This document shows positions 41,701 to 56,700 of a stretch of 64,000 nt of DNA, in pieces. The number at the start of each line of letters is the position of its first letter. Positions within the stretch are counted from its first letter, which is position 1. The translations under genes were made by a program, and so were the position numbers. This DNA is from Auanema rhodensis (Eukaryota > Animalia > Nematoda). The notes beneath the pieces were generated by a model. The model searched no databases, had not been told where the DNA came from, and was given only the letters and a program-made list of their open reading frames with translations. Where the stretch lies: NCBI GenBank assembly GCA_964057225.1, contig CAXKVF010000092.1, positions 62,001 to 126,000 on the forward strand, read 5' to 3'.

Positions 41701-44700
41701 CGTGAAAGATAAAGAGATGCGGTTTTCAAAATTAGATTCCCCATGTCCATATTAGTCTAAAAACAAATTTTTATTGATATTGGTGCATGGTAACCATGAC
41801 TTTGAAATTTACGTGAACTTTAATTTATGCTAATTAAATGTACACGTGATGTGCACTTGGTATGTAACTCGCTTCACGTGAAAGATAAGGAGATGCGGTT
41901 TTCAAAATTAGATTCCCCATGTCCATATTAGTCTAAAAACAAATTTTTATTGATATTGGTGCATGGTAACCATGACTTTGAAATTTACGTGAACTTTAAT
42001 TTATGCTAATTAAATGTACACGTGATGTGCACTTGGTATGTAACTCGCTTCACGTGAAAGATAAAGAGATGCGGTATTCAAAATTAGATTCCCCATGTCC
42101 ATATTAGTCTAAAAACAAATTTTTATTGATATTGGTTCATGGTAACCATGACTTTGAAATTTACGTGAACTTTAATTTATGCTAATTAAATGTACACGTG
42201 ATGTGCACTTGGTATGTAACTCGCTTCACGTGAAAGATAAAGAGATGCGGTATTCAAAATTGATTCCCCATGTCCATATTAGTCTAAAAACAAATTTTTA
42301 TTGATATTGGTTCATGGTAACCATGACTTTGAAATTTACGTGAACTTTAATTTATGCTAATTAAATGTACACGTGATGTGCACTTGGTATGTAACTCGCT
42401 TCACGTGAAAGATAAAGAGATGCGGTTTTCAAAATTAAATTCCCCATGTCCATATTAGTCTAAAAACAAATTTTTATTGATATTGGTGCATGGTAACCAT
42501 GACTTTGAAATTTACGTGAACTTTAATTTATGCTAATTAAATGTACACGTGATGTGCACTTGGTATGTAACTCGCTTCACGTGAAAAATGAAGAGATGCG
42601 GTTTTCAAAATTAGATTCCCCATGTCCATATTAGTCTCAAAACAAATTTTTATTGATATTGGTGCATGGTAACCATGACTTTGAAATTTACGTGAACTTT
42701 AATTTATGCTAATTAAATGTACACGTGATGTGCACTTGGTATGTAACTCGCTTCACGTGAAAGATAAGGAGATGCGGTTTTCAAAATTAGATTCCCCATG
42801 TCCATATTAGTCTAAAAACAAATTTTTATTGATATTGGTTCATGGTAACCATGACTTTGAAATTTACGTGAACTTTAATTTATGCTAATTAAATGTACAC
42901 GTGATGTGCACTTGGTATGTAACTCGCTTCACGTGAAAGATAAGGAGATGCGGTTTTCAAAATTAGATTCCCCATGTCCATATTAGTCTAAAAACAAATT
43001 TTTATTGATATTGGTGCATGGTAACCATGACTTTGAAATTTACGTGAACTTTAATTTATGCTAATTAAATGTACACGTGATGTGCACTTGGTATGTAACT
43101 CGCTTCACGTGAAAGATAAAGAGATGCGGTTTTCAAAATTAGATTCCCCATGTCCATATTAGTTTAAAAACAAATTTTTATTGATATTGGTGCATGGTAA
43201 CCATGACTTTGAAATTTACGTGAACTTTAATTTATGCTAATTAAATGTACACGTGATGTGCACTTGGTATGTAACTCGCTTCACGTGAAAGATAAAGAGA
43301 TGCGGTTTTCAAAATTAGATTCCCCATGTCCATATTAGTCTAAAAACAAATTTTTATTGATATTGGTTCATGGTAACCATGACTTTGAAATTTACGTGAA
43401 CTTTAATTTATGCTAATTAAATGTACACGTGATGTGCACTTGGTATGTAACTCGCTTCACGTGAAAGATAAAGAGATGCGGTTTTCAAAATTAGATTCCC
43501 CATGTCCATATTAGTCTAAAAACAAATTTTTATTGATATTGGTTCATGGTAACCATGACTTTGAAATTTACGTGAACTTTAATTTATGCTAATTAAATGT
43601 ACACGTGATGTGCACTTGGTATGTAACTCGCTTCACGTGAAAGATAAAGAGATGCGGTTTTCAAAATTAGATTCCCCATGTCCATATTAGTCTAAAAACA
43701 AATTTTTATTGATATTGGTGCATGGTAACCATGACTTTGAAATTTACGTGAACTTTAATTTATGCTAATTAAATGTACACGTGATGTGCACTTGGTATGT
43801 AACTCGCTTCACGTGAAAGATAAAGAGATGCGGTTCTCAAAATTAGATTCCCCATGTCCATATTAGTCTAAAAACAAATTTTTATTGATATTGGTTCATG
43901 GTAACCATGACTTTGAAATTTACGTGAACTTTAATTTATGCTAATTAAATGTACACGTGATGTGCACTTGGTATGTAACTCGCTTCACGTGAAAGTTAAA
44001 GAGATGCGGTTTTCAAAATTAGATTCCCCATGTCCATATTAGTCTAAAAACAAATTTTTATTGATATTGGTGCATGGTAACCATGACTTTGAAATTTACG
44101 TGAACTTTAATTTATGCTAATTAAATGTACACGTGATGTGCACTTGGTATGTAACTCGCTTCACGTGAAAGATAAAGAGATGCGGTTTTCAAAATTAGAT
44201 TCCCCATGTCCATATTAGTTTAAAAACAAATTTTTATTGATATTGGTGCATGGTAACCATGACTTTGAAATTTACGTGAACTTTAATTTATGCTAATTAA
44301 ATGTACACGTGATGTGCACTTGGTATGTAACTCGCTTCACGTGAAAAATGAAGAGATGCGGTTTTCAAAATTAGATTCCCCATGTCCATATTAGTCTAAA
44401 AACAAATTTTTATTGATATTGGTTCATGGTAACCATGACTTTGAAATTTACGTGAACTTTAATTTATGCTAATTAAATGTACACTTGATGTGCACTTGGT
44501 ATGTAACTCGCTTCACGTGAAAGATAAGAAGATGCGGTTTTCAAAATTAGATTCCCCATGTCCATATTAGTCTAAAAACAAATTTTTATTGATATTGGTG
44601 CATGGTAACCATGACTTTGAAATTTACGTGAACTTTAATTTATGCTAATTAAATGTACACGTGATGTGCACTTGGTATGTAACTCGCTTCACGTGAAAGA

Positions 44701-47700
44701 TAAAGAGATGCGGTTTTCAAAATTAGATTCCCCATGTCCATATTAGTCTAAAAACAAATTGTTATTGATATTGGTTCATGGTAACCATGACTTTGAAATT
44801 TACGTGTACTTTAATTTATGCTAATTAAATGTACACGTGATGTGCACTTGGTATGTAACTCGCTTCACGTGAAAGATAAAGAGATGCGGTTTTCAAAATT
44901 AGATTCCCCATGTCCATATTAGTCTAAAAACAAATTTTTATTGATATTGGTGCATGGTAACCATGACTTTGAAATTTACGTGAACTTTAATTTATGCTAA
45001 TTAAATGTACACGTGATGTGCACTTGGTATGTAACTCGCTTCACGTGAAAGATAAAGAGATGCGGTTTTCAAAATTAGATTCCCCATGTCCATATTAGTT
45101 TAAAAACAAATTTTTATTGATATTGGTGCATGGTAACCATGACTTTGAAATTTACGTGAACTTTAATTTATGCTAATTAAATGTACACGTGATGTGCACT
45201 TGGTATGTAACTCGCTTCACGTGAAAGATAAAGAGATGCGGTTTTCAAAATTAGATTCCCCATGTCCATATTAGTCTAAAAACAAATTTTTATTGATATT
45301 GGTTCATGGTAACCATGACTTTGAAATTTACGTGAACTTTAATTTATGCTAATTAAATGTACACGTGATGTGCACTTGGTATGTAACTCGCTTCACGTGG
45401 AAGATAAAGAGATGCGGTTTTCAAAATTAGATTCCCCATGTCCATATTAGTCTAAAAACAAATTTTTATTGATATTGGTGCATGGTAACCATGACTTTGA
45501 AATTTACGTGAACTTTAATTTATGCTAATTAAATGTACACGTGATGTGCACTTGGTATGTAACTCGCTTCACGTGAAAGATGAAGAGATGCGGTTTTCAA
45601 AATTAGATTCCCCATGTCCATATTAGTCTAAAAACAAATTTTTATTGATATTGGTGCATGGTAACCATGACTTTGAAATTTACGTGAACTTTAATTTATG
45701 CTAATTAAATGTACACGTGATGTGCACTTGGTATGTAACTCGCTTCACGTGAAAGATAAGGAGATGCGGTTTTCAAAATTAGATTCCCCATGTCCATATT
45801 AGTCTAAAAACAAATTTTTATTGATATTGGTGCATGGTAACCATGACTTTGAAATTTACGTGAACTTTAATTTATGCTAATTAAATGTACACGTGATGTG
45901 CACTTGGTATGTAACTCGCTTCACGTGAAAAATGAAGAGATACGGTTTTCAAAATTAGATTCCCCATGTCCATATTAGTCTAAAAACAAATTTTTATTGA
46001 TATTGGTGCATGGTAACCATGACTTTGAAATTTACGTGAACTTTAATTTATGCTAATTAAATGTACACGTGATGTGCACTTGGTATGTAACTCGCTTCAC
46101 GTGAAAGATAAGGAGATGCGGTTTTCAAAATTAGATTCCCCATGTCCATATTAGTCTAAAAACAAATTTTTATTGATATTGGTGCATGGTAACCATGACT
46201 TTGAAATTTACGTGAACTTTAATTTATGCTAATTAAATGTACACGTGATGTGCACTTGGTATGTAACTCGCTTCACGTGAAAGATAAAGAGATGCGGTTT
46301 TCAAAATTAGATTCCCCATGTCCATATTAGTCTAAAAACAAATTTTTATTGATATTGGTGCATGGTAACCATGACTTTGAAATTTACGTGAACTTTAATT
46401 TATGCTAATTAAATGTACACGTGATGTGCACTTGGTATGTAACTCGCTTCACGTGAAAGATGAAGAGATGCGGTTTTCAAAATTAGATTCCCCATGTCCA
46501 TATTAGTCTAAAAACAAATTTTTATTGATATTGGTGCATGGTAACCATGACTTTGAAATTTACGTGAACTTTAATTTATGCTAATTAAATGTACACGTGA
46601 TGTGCACTTGGTATGTAACTCGCTTCACGTGAAAGATGAAGAGATGCGGTTTTCAAAATTAGATTCCCCATGTCCATATTAGTCTAAAAACAAATTTTTA
46701 TAGACATTGGTGCATGGTAACCATGACTTTGAAATTTACGTGAACTTTAATTTATGCTAATTAAATGTACACGTGATGTGCACTTGGTATGTAACTCGCT
46801 TCACGTGAAAGATAAAGAGATGCGGTTTTCAAAATTAGATTCCCCATGTCCATATTAGTCTAAAAACAAATTTTTATTGATATTGGTGCATGGTAACCAT
46901 GACTTTGAAATTTACGTGAACTTTAATTTATGCTAATTAAATGTACACGTGATGTGCACTTGGTATGTAACTCGCTTCACGTGAAAGATGAAGAGATGCG
47001 GTTTTCAAAATTAGATTCCCCATGTCCATATTAGTCTAAAAACAAATTTTTATTGACATTGGTGCATGGTAACCATGACTTTGAAATTTACGTGAACTTT
47101 AATTTATGCTAATTAAATGTACACGTGATGTGCACTTGGTATGTAACTCGCTTCACGTGAAAGATAAGGAGATGCGGTTTTCAAAATTAGATTCCCCATG
47201 TCCATATTAGTCTAAAAACAAATTTTTATTGATATTGGTGCATGGTAACCATGACTTTGAAATTTACGTGAACTTTAATTTATGCTAATTAAATGTACAC
47301 GTGATGTGCACTTGGTATGTAACTCGCTTTACGTGAAAGATAAAGAGATGCGGTTTTCAAAATTAGATTCCCCATGTCCATATTAGTCTAAAAACAAATT
47401 TTTATTGATATTGGTTCATGGTAACCATGACTTTGAAATTTACGTGAACTTTAATTTATGCTAATTAAATGTACACGTGATGTGCACTTGGTATGTAACT
47501 CGCTTCACGTGAAAGATAAAGAGATGCGGTTTTCAAAATTAGATTCCCCATGTCCATATTAGTCTAAAAACAAATTTTTATTGATATTGGTGCATGGTAA
47601 CCATGACTTTGAAATTTACGTGAACTTTAATTTATGCTAATTAAATGTACACGTGATGTGCACTTGGTATGTAACTCGCTTCACGTGAAAGATAAAAAGA

Positions 47701-50700
47701 TGCGGTTTTCAAAATTAGATTCCCCATGTCCATATTAGTCTAAAAACAAATTTTTATTGATATTGGTTCATGGTAACCATGACTTTGAAATTTACGTGAA
47801 CTTTAATTTATGCTAATTAAATGTACACGTGATGTGCACTTGGTATGTAACTCGCTTCACGTGAAAGATAAAGAGATGCGGTTTTCAAAATTAGATTCCC
47901 CATGTCCATATTAGTCTAAAAACAAATTTTTATTGATATTGGTGCATGGTAACCATGACTTTGAAATTTACGTGAACTTTAATTTATGCTAATTAAATGT
48001 ACACGTGATGTGCACTTGGTATGTAACTCGCTTCACGTGAAAGATAAAGAGATGCGGTTTTCAAAATTAGATTCCCCATGTCCATATTAGTCTAAAAACA
48101 AATTTTTATTGATATTGCTTCATGGTAACCATGACTTTGAAATTTACGTGAACTTTAATTTATGCTAATTAAATGTACACGTGATGTGCACTTGGTATGT
48201 AACTCGCTTCACGTGAAAGATAAGGAGATGCGGTTTTCAAAATTAGATTCCCCATGTCCATATTAGTCTAAAAACAAATTTTTATTGATATTGGTGCATG
48301 GTAACCATGACTTTGAAATTTACGTGAACTTTAATTTATGCTAATTAAATGTACACGTGATGGGCACTTGGTATGTAACTCGCTTCACGTGAAAGATAAA
48401 GAGATGCGGTTTTCAAAATTAGATTCCCCATGTCCATATTAGTCTAAAAACAAATTTTTATTGATATTGGTTCATGGTAACCATGACTTTGAAATTTACG
48501 TGAACTTTAATTTATGCTAATTAAATGTACACGTGATGTGCACTTGGTATGTAACTCGCTTCACGTGAAAGATAAAGATATGCGGTTTTCAAAATTAGAT
48601 TCCCCATGTCCATATTAGTCTAAAAACAAATTTTTATTGATATTGGTGCATGGTAACCATGACTTTGAAATTTACGTGAACTTTAATTTATGCTAATTAA
48701 ATGTACACGTGATGTGCACTTGGAATGTAACTCGCTTCACGTGAAAGATGAAGAGATGCGGTTTTCAAAATTGGATTCCCCATGTCCATATTAGTCTAAA
48801 AACAAATTTTTATTGACATTGGTGCATGGTAACCATGACTTTGAAATTTACGTGAACTTTAATTTATGCTAATTAAATGTACACGTGATGTGCACTTGGT
48901 ATGTAACTCGCTTCACGTGAAAGATAAAGAGATGCGGTTTTCAAAATTAGATTCCCCATGTCCATATTAGTCTAAAAACAAATTTTTATTGATATTGGTG
49001 CATGGTAACCATGACTTTGAAATTTACGTGAACTTTAATTTATGCTAATTAAATGTACACGTGATGTGCACTTGGTATGTAACTCGCTTCACGTGAAAGA
49101 TAAAGAGATGCGGTTTTCAAAATTAGATTCCCCATGTCCATATTAGTCTAAAAACAAATTTTTATTGATATTGCTTCATGGTAACCATGACTTTGAAATT
49201 TACGTGAACTTTAATTTATGCTAATTAAATGTACACGTGATGTGCACTTGGTATGTAACTCGCTTCACGTGAAAGATAAGGAGATGCGGTTTTCAAAATT
49301 AGATTCCCCATGTCCATATTAGTCTAAAAACAAATTTTTATTGATATTGGTGCATGGTAACCATGACTTTGAAATTTACGTGAACTTTAATTTATGCAAA
49401 TTAAATGTACACGTGATGTGCACTTGGTATGTAACTCGCTTCACGTGAAAGATGAAGAGATGCGGTTTTCAAAATTAGATTCCCCATGTCCATATTAGTC
49501 TAAAAACAAATTTTTATTGATATTGGTGCATGGTAACCATGACTTTGAAATTTACGTGAACTTTAATTTATGCTAATTAAATGTACACGTGATGTGCACT
49601 TGGTATGTAACTCGCTTCACGTGAAAGATGAAGAGATGCGGTTTTCAAAATTAGATTCCCCATGTCCATATTAGTCTAAAAACAAATTTTTATTGATATT
49701 GGTGCATGGTAACCATGACTTTGAAATTTACGTGAACTTTAATTTATGCTAATTAAATGTACACGTGATGGGCACTTGGTATGTAACTCGCTTCACGTGA
49801 AAGATAAAGAGATGCGGTTTTCAAAATTAGATTCCCCATGGCCATATTAGTCTAAAAACAAATTTTTATTGATATTGGTTCATGGTAACCATGACTTTGA
49901 AATTTACGTGATTTTTAATTTATGCTAATTAAATGTACACGTGATGTGCACTTGGTATGTAACTCGCTTCACGTGAAAGATAAAGAGATGCGGTTTTCAA
50001 AATTAGATTCCCCATGTCCATATTAGTCTAAAAACAAATTTTTATTGATATTGGTGCATGGTAACCATGACTTTGAAATTTACGTGAACTTTAATTTATG
50101 CTAATTAAATGTACACGTGATGTGCACTTGGAATGTAACTCGCTTCACGTGAAAGATGAAGAGATGCGGTTTTCAAAATTAGATTCCCCATGTCCATATT
50201 AGTCTAAAAACAAATTTTTATTGACATTGGTGCATGGTAACCATGACTTTGAAATTTACGTGAACTTTAATTTATGCTAATTAAATGTACACGTGATGTG
50301 CACTTGGTATGTAACTCGCTTCACGTGAAAGATAAAGAGATGCGGTTTTCAAAATTAGATTCCCCATGTCCATATTAGTCTAAAAACAAATTTTTATTGA
50401 TATTGGTGCATGGTAACCATGACTTTGAAATTTACGTGAACTTTAATTTATGCTAATTAAATGTACACGTGATGTGCACTTGGTATGTAACTCGCTTCAC
50501 GTGAAAGATGAAGAGATGCGGTTTTCAAAATTAGATTCCCCATGTCCATAATAGTCTAAAAACAAATTTTTATTGATATTGGTGCATGGTAACCATGACT
50601 TTGAAATTTACGTGAACTTTAATTTATGCTAATTAAATGTACACGTGATGTGCACTTGGTATGTAACTCGCTTCACGTGAAAGATAAAGAGATGCGGTTT

Positions 50701-53700
50701 TCAAAATTAGATTCCCCATGTCCATATTAGTCTAAAAACAAATTTTTATTGATATTGGTGCATGGTAACCATGACTTTGAAATTTACGTGAACTTTAATT
50801 TATGCTAATTAAATGTACACGTGATGTGCACTTGGTATGTAACTCGCTTCACGTGAAAGATGAAGAGATGCGGTTTTCAAAATTAGATTCCCCATGTCCA
50901 TATTAGTCTAAAAACAAATTTTTATTGATATTGGTGCATGGTAACCATGACTTTGAAATTTACGTGAACTTTAATTTATGCTAATTAAATGTACACGTGA
51001 TGTGCACTTGGTATGTAACTCGCTTCACGTGAAAGATGAAGAGATGCGGTTTTCAAAATTAGATTCCCCATGTCCATATTAGTCTAAAAACAAATTTTTA
51101 TTGACATTGGTGCATGGTAACCATGACTTTGAAATTTACGTGAACTTTAATTTATGCTAATTAAATGTACACGTGATGTGCACTTGGTATGTAACTCGCT
51201 TCACGTGAAAGATAAAGAGATGCGGTTTTCAAAATTAGATTCCCCATGTCCATATTAGTCTAAAAACAAATTTTTATTGATATTGGTGCATGGTAACCAT
51301 GACTTTGAAATTTACGTGAACTTTAATTTATGCTAATTAAATGTACACGTGATGTGCACTTGGTATGTAACTCGCTTCACGTGAAAGATGAAGAGATGCG
51401 GTTTTCAAAATTAGATTCCCCATGTCCATATTAGTCTAAAAACAAATTTTTATTGATATTGGTGCATGGTAACCATGACTTTGAAATTTACGTGAACTTT
51501 AATTTATGCAAATTAAATGTACACGTGATGTGCACTTGGTATGTAACTCGCTTCACGTGAAAGATGAAGAGATGCGGTTTTCAAAATTAGATTCCCCATG
51601 TCCATATTAGTCTAAAAACAAATTTTTATTGATATTGGTGCATGGTAACCATGACTTTGAAATTTACGTGAACTTTAATTTATGCTAATTAAATGTACAC
51701 GTGATGTGCACTTGGTATGTAACTCGCTTCACGTGAAAGATGAAGAGATGCGGTTTTCAAAATTAGATTCCCCATGTCCATATTAGTCTAAAAACAAATT
51801 TTTATTGATATTGGTGCATGGTAACCATGACTTTGAAATTTACGTGAACTTTAATTTATGCTAATTAAATGTACACGTGATGGGCACTTGGTATGTAACT
51901 CGCTTCACGTGAAAGATAAAGAGATGCGGTTTTCAAAATTAGATTCCCCATGGCCATATTAGTCTAAAAACAAATTTTTATTGATATTGGTTCATGGTAA
52001 CCATGACTTTGAAATTTACGTGAACTTTAATTTATGCTAATTAAATGTACACGTGATGTGCACTTGGTATGTAACTCGCTTCACGTGAAAGATAAAGAGA
52101 TGCGGTTTTCAAAATTAGATTCCCCATGTCCATATTAGTCTAAAAACAAATTTTTATTGATATTGGTGCATGGTAACCATGACTTTGAAATTTACGTGAA
52201 CTTTAATTTATGCTAATTAAATGTACACGTGATGTGCACTTGGAATGTAACTCGCTTCACGTGAAAGATGAAGAGATGCGGTTTTCAAAATTAGATTCCC
52301 CATGTCCATATTAGTCTAAAAACAAATTTTTATTGATATTGGTGCATGGTAACCATGACTTTGAAATTTACGTGAACTTTAATTTATGCTAATTAAATGT
52401 ACACGTGATGTGCACTTGGTATGTAACTCGCTTCACGTGAAAGATGAAGAGATGCGGTTTTCAAAATTAGATTCCCCATGTCCATATTAGTCTAAAAACA
52501 AATTTTTATTGACATTGGTGCATGGTAACCATGACTTTGAAATTTACGTGAACTTTAATTTATGCTAATTAAATGTACACGTGATGTGCACTTGGTATGT
52601 AACTCGCTTCACGTGAAAGATAAAGAGATGCGGTTTTCAAAATTAGATTCCCCATGTCCATATTAGGCTAAAAACAAATTTTTATTGATATTGGTGCATG
52701 GTAACCATGACTTTGAAATTTACGTGAACTTTAATTTATGCTAATTAAATGTACACGTGATGTGCACTTGGTATGTAACTCGCTTCACGTGAAAGATGAA
52801 GAGATGCGGTTTTCAAAATTAGATTCCCCATGTCCATATTAGTCTAAAAACAAATTTTTATTGATATTGGTGCATGGTAACCATGACTTTGAAATTTACG
52901 TGAACTTTAATTTATGCTAATTAAATGTACACGTGATGTGCACTTGGTATGTAACTCGCTTCACGTGAAAGATAAGGAGATGCGGTTTTCAAAATTAGAT
53001 TCCCCATGTCCATATTAGTCTAAAAACAAATTTTTATTGATATTGGTGCATGGTAACCATGACTTTGAAATTTACGTGAACTTTAATTTATGCTAATTAA
53101 ATGTACACGTGATGTGCACTTGGTATGTAACTCGCTTCACGTGAAAGATAAGGAGATGCGGTTTTCAAAATTAGATTCCCCATGTCCATATTAGTCTAAA
53201 AACAAATTTTTATTGATATTGGTGCATGGTAACCATGACTTTGAAATTTACGTGAACTTTAATTTATGCAAATTAAATGTACACGTGATGTGCACTTGGT
53301 ATGTAACTCGCTTCACGTGAAAGATGAAGAGATGCGGTTTTCAAAATTAGATTCCCCATGTCCATATTAGTCTAAAAACAAATTTTTATTGATATTGGTG
53401 CATGGTAACCATGACTTTGAAATTTACGTGAACTTTAATTTATGCTGATTAAATGTACACGTGATGTGCACTTGGTATGTAACTCGCTTCACGTGAAAGA
53501 TGAAGAGATGCGGTTTTCAAAATTAGATTCCCCATGTCCATATTAGTCTAAAAACAAATTTTTATTGACATTGGTGCATGGTAACCATGACTTTGAAATT
53601 TACGTGAACTTTAATTTATGCTAATTAAATGTACACGTGATGTGCACTTGGTATGTAACTCGCTTCACGTGAAAGATAAAGAGATGCGGTTTTCAAAATT

Positions 53701-56700
53701 AGATTCCCCATGTCCATATTAGTCTAAAAACAAATTTTTATTGATATTGGTGCATGGTAACCATGACTTTGAAATTTACGTGAACTTTAATTTATGCTAA
53801 TTAAATGTACACGTGATGTGCACTTGGTATGTAACTCGCTTCACGTGAAAGATGAAGAGATGCGGTTTTCAAAATTAGATTCCCCATGTCCATATTAGTC
53901 TAAAAACAAATTTTTATTGATATTGGTGCATGGTAACCATGACTTTGAAATTTACGTGAACTTTAATTTATGCTAATTAAATGTACACGTGATGTGCACT
54001 TGGTATGTAACTCGCTTCACGTGGAAGATAAGGAGATGCGGTTTTCAAAATTAGATTCCCCATGTCCATATTAGTCTAAAAACAAATTTTTATTGATATT
54101 GGTGCATGGTAACCATGACTTTGAAATTTACGTGAACTTTAATTTATGCTAATTAAATGTACACGTGATGGGCACTTGGTATGTAACTCGCTTCACGTGA
54201 AAGATAAAGAGATGCGGTTTTCAAAATTAGATTCCCCATGTCCATATTAGTCTAAAAACAAATTTTTATTGATATTGGTTCATGGTAACCATGACTTTGA
54301 AATTTACGTGAACTTTAATTTATGCTAATTAAATGTACACGTGATGTGCACTTGGTGTGTAACTCGCTTCACGTGAAAGATAAAGAGATGCGGTTTTCAA
54401 AATTAGATTCCCCATGTCCATATTAGTCTAAAAACAAATTTTTATTGATATTGGTGCATGGTAACCATGACTTTGAAATTTACGTGAACTTTAATTTATG
54501 CTAATTAAATGTACACGTGATGTGCACTTGGTATGTAACTCGCTTCACGTGAAAGATAAAGAGATGCGGTTTTCAAAATTAGATTCCCCATGTCCATGTT
54601 AGTCTAAAAACAAATTTTTATTGATATTGGTGCATGGTAACCATGACTTTGAAATTTACGTGAACTTTAATTTATGCTAATTAAATGTACACGTGATGTG
54701 CACTTGGTATGTAACTCGCTTCACGTGAAAGATAACGAGATGCGGTTTTCAAAATTAGATTCCCCATGTCCATATTAGTCTAAAAACAAATTTTTATTGA
54801 TATTGGTGCATGGTAACCATGACTTTGAAATTTACGTGAACTTTAATTTATGCTAATTAAATGTACACGTGATGTGCACTTGGTATGTAACTCGCTTCAC
54901 GTGAAAGATAAAGAGATGCGGTTTTCAAAATTAGATTCCCCATGTCCATATTAGTCTAAAAACAAATTTTTATTGATATTGGTGCATGGTAACCATGACT
55001 TTGAATTTTACGTGAACTTTAATTTATGCTAATTAAATGTACACGTGATGTGCACTTGGTATGTAACTCGCTTCACGTGAAAGATAAAGAGATGCGGTTT
55101 TCAAAATTAGATTCCCCATGTCCATATTAGTCTAAAAACAAATTTTTATTGATATTGGTTCATGGTAACCATGACTTTGAAATTTACGTGAACTTTAATT
55201 TATGCTAATTAAATGTACACGTGATGTGCACTTGGTATGTAACTCGCTTCACGTGAAAGATAAAGAGATGCGGTTTTCAAAATTAGATTCCCCATGTCCA
55301 TGTTAGTCTAAAAACAAATTTTTATTGATATTGGTGCATGGTAACCATGACTTTGAAATTTACGTGAACTTTAATTTATGCTAATTAAATGTACACGTGA
55401 TGTGCACTTGGTATGTAACTCGCTTCACGTGAAAGATAACGAGATGCGGTTTTCAAAATTAGATTCCCCATGTCCATATTAGTCTAAAAACAAATTTTTA
55501 TTGATATTGGTGCATGGTAACCATGACTTTGAAATTTACGTGAACTTTAATTTATGCTAATTAAATGTACACGTGATGGGCACTTGGTATGTAACTCGCT
55601 TCACGTGAAAGATAAAGAGATGCGGTTTTCAAAATTAGATTCCCCATGTCCATATTAGTCTAAAAACAAATTTTTATTGATATTGGTTCATGGTAACCAT
55701 GACTTTGAAATTTACGTGAACTTTAATTTATGCTAATTAAATGTACACGTGATGTGCACTTGGTGTGTAACTCGCTTCACGTGAAAGATAAAGAGATGCG
55801 GTTTTCAAAATTAGATTCCCCATGTCCATATTAGTCTAAAAACAAATTTTTATTGATATTGGTTCATGGTAACCATGACTTTGAAATTTACGTGAACTTT
55901 AATTTATGCTAATTAAATGTACACGTGATGTGCACTTGGTATGTAACTCGCTTCACGTGAAAGATAAAGAGATGCGGTTTTCAAAATTAGATTCCCCATG
56001 TCCATATTAGTCTAAAAACAAATTTTTATTGATATTGGTGCATGGTAACCATGACTTTGAAATTTACGTGAACTTTAATTTATGCTAATTAAATGTACAC
56101 GTGATGTGCACTTGGTATGTAACTCGCTTCACGTGAAAGATAAAGAGATGCGGTTTTCAAAATTAGATTCCCCATGTCCATGTTAGTCTAAAAACAAATT
56201 TTTATTGATATTGGTGCATGGTAACCATGACTTTGAAATTTACGTGAACTTTAATTTATGCTAATTAAATGTACACGTGATGTGCACTTGGTATGTAACT
56301 CGCTTCACGTGAAAGATAACGAGATGCGGTTTTCAAAATTAGATTCCCCATGTCCATATTAGTCTAAAAACAAATTTTTATTGATATTGGTGCATGGTAA
56401 CCATGACTTTGAAATTTACGTGAACTTTAATTTATGCTAATTAAATGTACACGTGATGTGCACTTGGTATGTAACTCGCTTCACGTGAAAGATAAAGAGA
56501 TGCGGTTTTCAAAATTAGATTCCCCATGTCCATATTAGTCTAAAAACAAATTTTTATTGATATTGGTGCATGGTAACCATGACTTTGAATTTTACGTGAA
56601 CTTTAATTTATGCTAATTAAATGTACACGTGATGTGCACTTGGTATGTAACTCGCTTCACGTGAAAGATAAAGAGATGCGGTTTTCAAAATTAGATTCCC

